A stretch of DNA of 64,000 nt from Dehalococcoidia bacterium. Lineage in GTDB: Bacteria; Chloroflexota; Dehalococcoidia; Bin125. The position numbers were made by a program, and so were the translations under genes. Shown here piece by piece: positions 56,879 to 64,000 of this stretch; position 1 is the stretch's first letter, and the number at the start of each line of letters is the position of its first letter. Location: the NCBI GenBank assembly GCA_965237475.1, contig OZ250140.1, forward strand, positions 2,671,399 through 2,735,398, in the 5' to 3' direction. The notes beneath the pieces were generated by a model, which saw only the letters and a program-made list of their open reading frames with translations, had not been told where the DNA came from and did no database searches.

Positions 56879-58282
56879 ATGGCTGATCAGTACGTCGCCA
56901 CCGACAAGCGAACCGGGTTCGAGGTCGCCGTCACCGGCAAATTCCCCGAACATCCCGACGATCGGATGCGGATCGCCCGCACCACGACGCTCTTCACCAG
57001 GTTGATGTCGACGCTGCTGCAGAAGGAGGAAACGGCCCGACGCCTCGGCTTCCGCGCGATTGAAACCCAGCTCGAACTGGCCGACGCCCTGATCCGTCAG
57101 GACCACACCGAGGTCCAGCGGCTGGTCCGCGAAACGCTCACCTCGATGGGCGTCGGCGAGGACCAGCTGCGCGAGCTGGCCGAGCGTCTGCGCGACGCCG
57201 GCGGCCTCGATCCAGCGGTCGCCCAGGAACTCGGGCGTGCCTTCGGTCTCGATATGGACGAGGCGATGCCCGCCAAGCAATCCGACGAGGCGCAGGAGCT
57301 CAGGCTCGACCCGCAGGTCGTCGCAGGCATCGAGGAGGCGCTGGACGCCGCGGGCGTCGATCAGGCTGAGGAGGCGTCGACGGACGCTGATCCCGAGGCC
57401 GAGCGCGCGGGCGGCGACGACTCCGACCAGAAGCTGTCGAGGTCGTTCCTCGCCGTGTTTGACGAGCAGATCCCCAAGCCGCTCTCCAGCGCTTTCACCG
57501 AGCTGCTGATGGGGACGTTCCTGGAGACCTTCCGAGGCGCGTTTATCGCAGCCTGCGTCCCGCTCCAGGACCAGGCGGTCGAAGCAGCGATCGACGAAAC
57601 AGCCGACGTCACGACGGGACAGGCCCGCTCAACCGTCGACAGCAAGCCGCTCGGCGATCTTCTGTCCAGAGAGCTGCCGAACGCGCTCGACAACGCCCTG
57701 GACACGGCGATCGCGAGGTCCGTCAGCAGCGCCCGCACCGACGAGCACAACGTGCAAATCGACCACGCGCTGACGACCGCGCTCGAGCAGGCGGTCAGCC
57801 TCCCGCTCTACGATCTCAGCGGCGGCGACAAGCGCGAGCTGCTGGAGTTCTTCAACACCGCCTTCGACCTCTGCTACCACGAGGCGATCGGGGGCGGCTT
57901 TCGGATGACGTTCAACAGCGTCTTCGTGGAATCGTTCCGAGCCGGCTTTCTCGAAGCGGCGGTCAGCGCGCTCGATGGCTTGCGCGCCGTCGTCGGCGAC
58001 GACCGACGCGGCGCGCTGGATGACGCGCTCGGCGGGGCTTCCTTCGAACTGAGCGGCGATGCCTTGAAGGCGGCCGTGGCGGTTGCCCTGCGGCCGGCCT
58101 TCGACGCGGGCCGCAAGCGGGCGTTCGACGATTCGTTCGCCAAGCCGCGGATGGGCAGCTTTGCCGATACGATCGTGGACGAACTTGAGCAAGCGAGGAT
58201 TCGCAACGTCGGGCGCGTGCTCTCCGCGATCCGCGCCGAGCCGAAGCGCCGCAGCTACGGGCCCGACGCCGGATCGGATTAA
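56879..58282 (+). CDS. Hypothetical acidic, helical protein (467 aa)
   Basis: Long ORF with host-like codon usage; TACACT -10 element 6 nt upstream of the ATG. Confidence 0.8.
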   Translation: MADQYVATDKRTGFEVAVTGKFPEHPDDRMRIARTTTLFTRLMSTLLQKEETARRLGFRAIETQLELADALIRQDHTEVQRLVRETLTSMGVGEDQLRELAERLRDAGGLDPAVAQELGRAFGLDMDEAMPAKQSDEAQELRLDPQVVAGIEEALDAAGVDQAEEASTDADPEAERAGGDDSDQKLSRSFLAVFDEQIPKPLSSAFTELLMGTFLETFRGAFIAACVPLQDQAVEAAIDETADVTTGQARSTVDSKPLGDLLSRELPNALDNALDTAIARSVSSARTDEHNVQIDHALTTALEQAVSLPLYDLSGGDKRELLEFFNTAFDLCYHEAIGGGFRMTFNSVFVESFRAGFLEAAVSALDGLRAVVGDDRRGALDDALGGASFELSGDALKAAVAVALRPAFDAGRKRAFDDSFAKPRMGSFADTIVDELEQARIRNVGRVLSAIRAEPKRRSYGPDAGSD

Positions 58283-58328
58283 TCAGCACATCGCGGACGC
58301 ATGAACTGGACATGAACTGGAGTTGCAG

Positions 58329-58862
58329 ATGAGCGGCACCGTTGGCTATATCAAGGACATGCTGAGCTTCATTCAGGGCGGCTTTCGCGACGCGCGCGAC
58401 GGGCAGACGGCGGAGCAGCTGCACTACGTGCCGGACGGCGAGAGCCACTCCGTCGCCTGGGTGCTCTGGCACGCCGCGCGGATCGAAGACCTGCTCGTCA
58501 ACGGGGCCTGGCAGGGCAAGCGCGAAATCTGGCGCGAAGGCGAATGGGCGGCCAAGACCGGCCTGCCCGAGCGCGGCTTCGGCACCGGCCAGTCAACCGC
58601 GGAGGCCGCGGCCGTGCGGATCACCGACCTCGACGCGATGTGGGAATACCAGGACGCGGTCAACGCCAACACGCAGGCCTTCCTCGACGGCCTCAGCGAT
58701 GATGATCTCGATCGCGAGATCAAGCTGGGCGACCGCGATGAGACGCTCGGGCAATCGATCACATTGCACCTCTGCACGCATCTCAATGGCCACCGGGGCG
58801 AGATCAACCTGATTCGCGGCATGCACGGGCTCGACCCGGTGATGCCCAATCGCGGCGGCTAG
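58329..58862 (+). CDS. DinB family protein
   Basis: S.AW.LWH.AR.ED and H..GH.GEI. Confidence 0.85.
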   Translation: MSGTVGYIKDMLSFIQGGFRDARDGQTAEQLHYVPDGESHSVAWVLWHAARIEDLLVNGAWQGKREIWREGEWAAKTGLPERGFGTGQSTAEAAAVRITDLDAMWEYQDAVNANTQAFLDGLSDDDLDREIKLGDRDETLGQSITLHLCTHLNGHRGEINLIRGMHGLDPVMPNRGG

Positions 58863-58895
58863 CAGGGCAACAGGCAGGAACGGCGGGAGACTCGA

Positions 58896-59777
58896 ATGCA
58901 GGTCGTGGTTACAGGCGCGAGCGGGTTGGTCGGCACAGCCCTGCTCAAGGCCCTGCGCGCGCGTGCGACATCGGTCACCGCCGTCTCGCGTCGCCCCGCC
59001 GGCCAGGAGCAGATGCCCGGCGTGACCTGGATCGGCTGGGACGGACTGACCGACGCCGTGGCCGGCGCAGCCGGCGTCGTGCATCTCGCCGGCGCCGGGA
59101 TCGTCGACAAGCGCTGGAGCAGCGAGCGCAAGACGCTGCTGCGCAGCAGCCGCGTCGAGCGCACCCGCCAGGTGGTCGAGGCGATCACTGAATCGGGCGA
59201 GAAGCCCGCTGTGCTCGTGGCCGCATCGGCGATCGGCTACTACGGCAACGAAACATCGCGCGAGTGCACCGAGCTCGCCCCGCCCGGCAACGACTTCCTC
59301 GCGCGGCTGTGCCAGGACTGGGAGGCCGCCACCGAAGCCGCCGGCGTGCGCACCGTGAAGCTGCGCTTCGGCATCGTGCTCTCGCCCGAGGGCGGCGCGC
59401 TGGCCAAGCTCCTGCTGCCGTTCCGCCTGGGCCTGGGGGGACCGATCGGCCGCGGCCGCAACTACTGGTCGTGGGTGCACATCGACGACGCGGTCGGGGT
59501 GATCCTGCACGCGCTCTCCACCAACAGCGTCTCCGGCGCGCTCAACGTGACCGCTCCGAAGCCGGCCCGCAACGCCGAGTTTTCACGCATTCTGGGCGCG
59601 GTCCTGCAGCGACCCGCGCTGTTTCCGCTGCCGCCATTGGCCCTCCAACTGCTGCTCGGGGAGGGCTCGACCGTGCTCACGGCCAGCCAGCGAGTGCTGC
59701 CCACTCGCACGCTCGAATCGGGCTACGCCTTTGAACACCCCGAGCTCGAGCCGGCGCTGCGCGGCCTGGTCGGATAG
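58896..59777 (+). CDS. TIGR01777 (YfcH-like) NAD-dependent epimerase family protein
   Basis: TGASGLVG, HLAG, ASAIGYYG, FLA.LC.DWE, GLGG..G.G, SWVH.DD, SQRV.P. Confidence 0.93.
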   Translation: MQVVVTGASGLVGTALLKALRARATSVTAVSRRPAGQEQMPGVTWIGWDGLTDAVAGAAGVVHLAGAGIVDKRWSSERKTLLRSSRVERTRQVVEAITESGEKPAVLVAASAIGYYGNETSRECTELAPPGNDFLARLCQDWEAATEAAGVRTVKLRFGIVLSPEGGALAKLLLPFRLGLGGPIGRGRNYWSWVHIDDAVGVILHALSTNSVSGALNVTAPKPARNAEFSRILGAVLQRPALFPLPPLALQLLLGEGSTVLTASQRVLPTRTLESGYAFEHPELEPALRGLVG

Positions 59778-59791
59778 GCGACGGGACGCCG

Positions 59792-60958
59792 GTGTCCCAG
59801 CCGCTCCGCTACGGGCTCAACCCACACCAGAGCCCCGCCACGTACGAGGCGATCGGCGACGCGCTGCCGTTCGAGGTGCTCAACGGCCAGCCCGGCTACA
59901 TCAACGTGCTTGACGCGCTCAGCTCCTGGCAGCTGGTGCGCGAACTCAGCGCTGCGACCGGGCTCGCGGCCGCGGCCTCGTTCAAGCACGTCAGCCCCGC
60001 CGGCGCCGCGGTCGCGACCCCGCTCAACGATGCGCTCCGCGCCGCCTATCTGCTGCCCGATCACGAGCTCTCGCCAACCGCGACCGCGTACGTGCGCGCC
60101 CGTGGCGGCGACCTCACCTCCGCCTACGGCGACTTCGCCGCCGTCAGCGAGCCGGTTGACGCCTCGCTCGCCCGCGTGCTGCGGCGCGAAGTCTCCGACG
60201 GCGTGATCGCGCCCGGCTACGAGCCCGACGCGCTCGAGATCATCAGCAAGAAGAAGGGCGGACGCTACCTGGTGCTGCAGGCCGACCCAGCGTTCGAGCC
60301 CCCGGCCGACGAGGCGCGCGAACTCTTCGGCGTACGGCTGCAGCAGCCCGCCGATACGCGCCCGATCGGCGACGGGCTCTTCGGGAACGTCGTGACCGAA
60401 GCCAGCGAGTTCCCCGCTGAGGCCCGCCGCGACCTGCTGATCGCCACCATCGCGCTGCGCTATACCCAGTCGAACTCCGTCTGCGTCGCGGCCGACGGTC
60501 AGGTGATCGGCCTTGGCGCGGGCCAGCAGTCGCGCATCCACTGCACCCGGCTGGCCTGTGGCAAGGCCGACCGCTGGATGCTCCAGCAGCACCCCCAGGT
60601 CTTGTCGCTTGCGCTGCGCGAGGGCCTGCGGCGCGCGGACCGGATCAACGCCCGCGAGCAGTACATCCACTGGGCCGAGCTGTCGGGCGCCGAGCGCGAC
60701 CAGCTGGCCACGGTGATCGACCCGCTGCCGGCGCCGCTGACCGCCGAGCAACGCGACGAATGGATCGCCGGCTTCCGCAACGTGCTCAGCCACGACGCCT
60801 TCATTCCCTTCCGCGACAACATCGACCGCGCCCAGGCCAGCGCCGTCAATCAGATCCTGCAGCCGGGCGGCAGCATCGCCGACGCCGAAGTGATCGCCGC
60901 CGCGAATGCTTATGGCATCGCGATGGCGCATACGGGCCAGCGGCTGTTCCGCCACTAA
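59792..60958 (+). CDS. Stand-alone AICAR transformylase (PurH C-terminal domain only)
   Basis: LRYG.NPHQ, SFKHVSPAG, S.YGDF, TQSNSV, GAGQQSRIHCTR, DAF.PF.D, QPGGS, RLF.H; no IMP cyclohydrolase domain. Confidence 0.9.
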   Translation: MSQPLRYGLNPHQSPATYEAIGDALPFEVLNGQPGYINVLDALSSWQLVRELSAATGLAAAASFKHVSPAGAAVATPLNDALRAAYLLPDHELSPTATAYVRARGGDLTSAYGDFAAVSEPVDASLARVLRREVSDGVIAPGYEPDALEIISKKKGGRYLVLQADPAFEPPADEARELFGVRLQQPADTRPIGDGLFGNVVTEASEFPAEARRDLLIATIALRYTQSNSVCVAADGQVIGLGAGQQSRIHCTRLACGKADRWMLQQHPQVLSLALREGLRRADRINAREQYIHWAELSGAERDQLATVIDPLPAPLTAEQRDEWIAGFRNVLSHDAFIPFRDNIDRAQASAVNQILQPGGSIADAEVIAAANAYGIAMAHTGQRLFRH

Positions 60959-60979
60959 GCTCGCTGTAGGAGCCTCGCT

Positions 60980-63856
60980 GTGCCGTCGCCGCCCACGATG
61001 ACCGTCGACCAGTTTGTGGAGAAGTGGTCGAACACGTCCGTCCGTGAAAACCAGGGCTCGCAGACTCACTTCAATGATCTATGCGCGATGCTGGGCGTGG
61101 AGACGCCGATTGAGGCGGATCCGACAGGTCAGACATATTGCTTCGAGAAGCGCGTCGTTAGGCCGGACGGCTCTACGGGCACGGCCGATGTCTGGAAGCG
61201 GGGTTGCTTCGGCTGGGAATACAAGGGCCAACGCAAGAGCCTGACCGCAGCCTATGCGCGGCTGTCGGGCTATCGCGACGGGCTTGAAAACCCGCCGCTG
61301 TTGGTCGTCTCGGACATGTACCGCTTCGAGATTCATACAGCGTTCGAACAGGCTCCGGCGCGGCTGATCAATTTCAACCTCAAAGACCTACGCGAAAACC
61401 CCACTCACTTCACCCGCATCCTCCGCGACGCGTTTCTCGACGCGGGCAACCTGCATCCGCACAATGACCCGCGGTACATCACCGATGAGGCCGCGAATAG
61501 GTTTGGCGAAGTGGCGTCGGCGCTACGTGATCGCGACGGTCACGACGCTGCGGTCGTCTCCCGCTTCCTCAATCGCATTATCTTTTGCCTGTTCGCCGAA
61601 GGCGTGCGGCTGTTCGACTATGAGGGTCGGCGGCACCGTCCCGTCTCCGAGCTGCTGGAGACGCTCGCGACCCGACCGGAGCTCGCGCGCGCGATCATTC
61701 GCGATCTCTTCAACGCCATGGCTGACCAGTCGACGCCGAATTTTGGGCTGATCCCGATTCGTTGGTTCAATGGCGGGCTATTCGATCAGAACGCGGCCGC
61801 TGAAACGATCGCGCTGACCGGTGATCTGGTCACGGTGCTGCAAGCAACCTCAGAGTTGGACTGGTCCAAGATCGACCCAGCTGTCTTCGGCACGTTGTTT
61901 GAGCGCGGACTTGACCCGAAGCGCCGTGGGCAGCTTGGGGCGCACTTCACTGACGCTGGCAACATCATGCGCGTTCTCCAGCCGGTGATCATGCAGCCGT
62001 TGCGCCGAGAGTTTGAGCAACTCAAGCAGGAGTGCAGCGACGCCTCGGATGATCACGTCGTCAGTGATTCGCCGCCGCCAGCCTACGGACGCTTGTCGCT
62101 GCCCAAAGACGGCGATGAAACCAGCCCTGCGGCACACATCCGCAGATTTCACGATCGGCTCGCCAACGTAAGGGTGCTCGACCCCGCCTGTGGCTCGGGC
62201 AACTTCCTCTATGTCGCCATGCGTGAGTTGAAGACGCTCGAACACGAGCTGATCGATTGGGCGAAATCTGCGCACAGGGTGAACGGTCTCAACCGACGCG
62301 TTGGTCCACAGAACATGCTCGGCATCGACATCGATCCGTTCGCTGTCGATCTCACGCGAATGTCGCTCTGGATCGGCGACCTGCAGTGGGGCTACGAACG
62401 CAACCTGCGCGATCTGCGCGACCCGGTGCTCGGCGCAGTCGAGCAAATCGAGTGCCGCGACGCGATTGTGGCGGAAAATGAAAGCGGCAAGCCTGTCGCC
62501 GCCGTCTGGCCGGCCGCCGATGTCATTATCGGCAACCCACCGTTTCTTGGAATGAAGAAGATGCGCGACGAGCTCGATGGCGGCTACGTTGACCGACTTA
62601 ACGTTGCCTACGGCGAGGAGATGGACGCTCGCGCTGACCTCTGCGTCTATTGGCACGAACTGGCTCGCCGACAGATCGAGCGCGGTGCATCACGACGTGC
62701 CGGACTGCTCGCAACCGGCAGCATCAGTGCGCCGTTCAGCCGCCCCGTGCTGCAGCGAATCGCTGATAGTGGCGGCATCTTCTTTGCCTATAGTGACGAG
62801 CCGTGGGTGAACGACGACGGCGCCGCTGTGCGGATCGCCATCGTCGGGCAGGATGATGGTTCCGAAACCGACTATGTGCTCGACGGTGAGCATGTGTCGC
62901 AGATCAATCCTAACCTCACGAGCGGGCCGTACGTCGTACACGCGCCACAGCTTGCTGAGAACGCACGGGTCGCGTTCCAGGGCGACATTCGCAACGGTCG
63001 GTTTGACATTCCATTCGACGACGCGCAGCGCATGTTCAATGCTCCTACCAACGTAAACGGACGTCCTAATCGTGATGTCGTCTTTCCCTTCGTGAATGCA
63101 CGCGACCTCGCACAGCGACCGCGTGATCGGCACGTGATCGGCTTCGGCCAAGACATGTCGCGACGCGACGCCGCGAGGTACGAGTTGCCGTTCGGACACG
63201 TGCGTAAGTTCGTTCGACCTGAACGGGCGAAGAGCCAGAGCAAGCGGCTGCGCGACAACTGGTGGCTGCACGAATCGTGGCGACCAGGCATGCGCGCGGC
63301 GCTCGGCGGCCTGGATCGCTTTGTTGGCACGCCGATCACATCGCGGCATCGTTTCTACGTCTGGTTGGACGGCAATGTCACGCCTGACGCGACGGTCGTG
63401 GCGATCGCGCGCGACGACGATTATGCGTTCGGCGTCCTGCACTCGCGCATTCACGAAGTATGGGCCGTCGCGCAGGGCTCACGTCTTGGCGTCGGTAACG
63501 ACCTGCGCTACGTTCACACCCAGTGCTTCAACACTTTCCCGTTTCCTTGGCCGTTGGACACGCGCGACGCAGACCTGACAAACGGGCAGCAGACGTATCG
63601 CCACGCAATCGCCGACGCCGCGCGAGCGCTCGACGCTGACCGCAGCTACTGGCTCAATCCCACGGGCGTCAATCCGATGTTGCTCCAGGACCGCACGATC
63701 ACTGCTCTTTACAACGAGCGGCCTCCGTGGCTGTTCGACCTTCACGACGTGCTCGACAAAGCCGTGGCGGCCGCCTACGGCTGGGCGGCGGATTTGACAG
63801 ATGACGCGATCCTGGAACGGCTCAACGAGCTCAACCGTGAGCGCGCGGGGGTGTAA
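60980..63856 (+). CDS. Type IIG/IIL (MmeI/YeeA-like) restriction-modification enzyme
   Basis: N-terminal AD...F.WEYK nuclease motif, WFNGGLF, FGTLFE, GAHFT, LDPACGSGNFL, GNPPF, C-terminal LD.AV..AYGW. Confidence 0.92.
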   Translation: MPSPPTMTVDQFVEKWSNTSVRENQGSQTHFNDLCAMLGVETPIEADPTGQTYCFEKRVVRPDGSTGTADVWKRGCFGWEYKGQRKSLTAAYARLSGYRDGLENPPLLVVSDMYRFEIHTAFEQAPARLINFNLKDLRENPTHFTRILRDAFLDAGNLHPHNDPRYITDEAANRFGEVASALRDRDGHDAAVVSRFLNRIIFCLFAEGVRLFDYEGRRHRPVSELLETLATRPELARAIIRDLFNAMADQSTPNFGLIPIRWFNGGLFDQNAAAETIALTGDLVTVLQATSELDWSKIDPAVFGTLFERGLDPKRRGQLGAHFTDAGNIMRVLQPVIMQPLRREFEQLKQECSDASDDHVVSDSPPPAYGRLSLPKDGDETSPAAHIRRFHDRLANVRVLDPACGSGNFLYVAMRELKTLEHELIDWAKSAHRVNGLNRRVGPQNMLGIDIDPFAVDLTRMSLWIGDLQWGYERNLRDLRDPVLGAVEQIECRDAIVAENESGKPVAAVWPAADVIIGNPPFLGMKKMRDELDGGYVDRLNVAYGEEMDARADLCVYWHELARRQIERGASRRAGLLATGSISAPFSRPVLQRIADSGGIFFAYSDEPWVNDDGAAVRIAIVGQDDGSETDYVLDGEHVSQINPNLTSGPYVVHAPQLAENARVAFQGDIRNGRFDIPFDDAQRMFNAPTNVNGRPNRDVVFPFVNARDLAQRPRDRHVIGFGQDMSRRDAARYELPFGHVRKFVRPERAKSQSKRLRDNWWLHESWRPGMRAALGGLDRFVGTPITSRHRFYVWLDGNVTPDATVVAIARDDDYAFGVLHSRIHEVWAVAQGSRLGVGNDLRYVHTQCFNTFPFPWPLDTRDADLTNGQQTYRHAIADAARALDADRSYWLNPTGVNPMLLQDRTITALYNERPPWLFDLHDVLDKAVAAAYGWAADLTDDAILERLNELNRERAGV

Positions 63857-64000
63857 GCTCTTCAGGTGACTGCTTCAGCTTTGTCCGCTGTGCGCACTGT
63901 GCGTTTGGGGGGATCCACCGCTGCGACGCTCGCAGCGGTTGGCATTGGCGGCTAAGCGCGCCCACCTCCCGCTCCCAGCGACCCGGACAACCTCACCCAT

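Overview
High-GC window whose gene content suggests a Chloroflexota/Dehalococcoidia (SAR202-like) bacterium, possibly a sponge or other host symbiont; this is inferred from the Tat-exported family-5 solute-binding protein, luciferase-like and F420 enzymes, class F sortase, PaREP1 genes and a giant plant-type-LRR/cadherin surface protein. Most of the window is catabolic: copper amine oxidase, peptide-type ABC transporter, two-subunit N,N-dimethylformamidase homologue, NAD-linked formate dehydrogenase, agmatinase, acyl-CoA dehydrogenase, crotonases, three tandem SDRs and a BbsEF-like CoA-transferase pair. It also holds tRNA-Ala(GGC), two restriction-modification systems and an accessory islet at 29.7-35.1 kb (DUF2442/DUF4160 pair, two IS5 elements, two PaREP1 genes, HNH plus an unknown ORF). 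Three observations stand out. (1) A complete c-di-AMP (ydaO) riboswitch with promoter, antiterminator and terminator (40370-40649) has no credible downstream gene, only a ~170-nt multi-hairpin RNA-like segment. (2) Nested IS5-derived MITEs sit at stop codons or in the loops of a dispersed palindrome family. (3) In two places a gene's 3' end is duplicated around cargo genes. All calls come from reading the sequence by eye; no database search or folding program was run.
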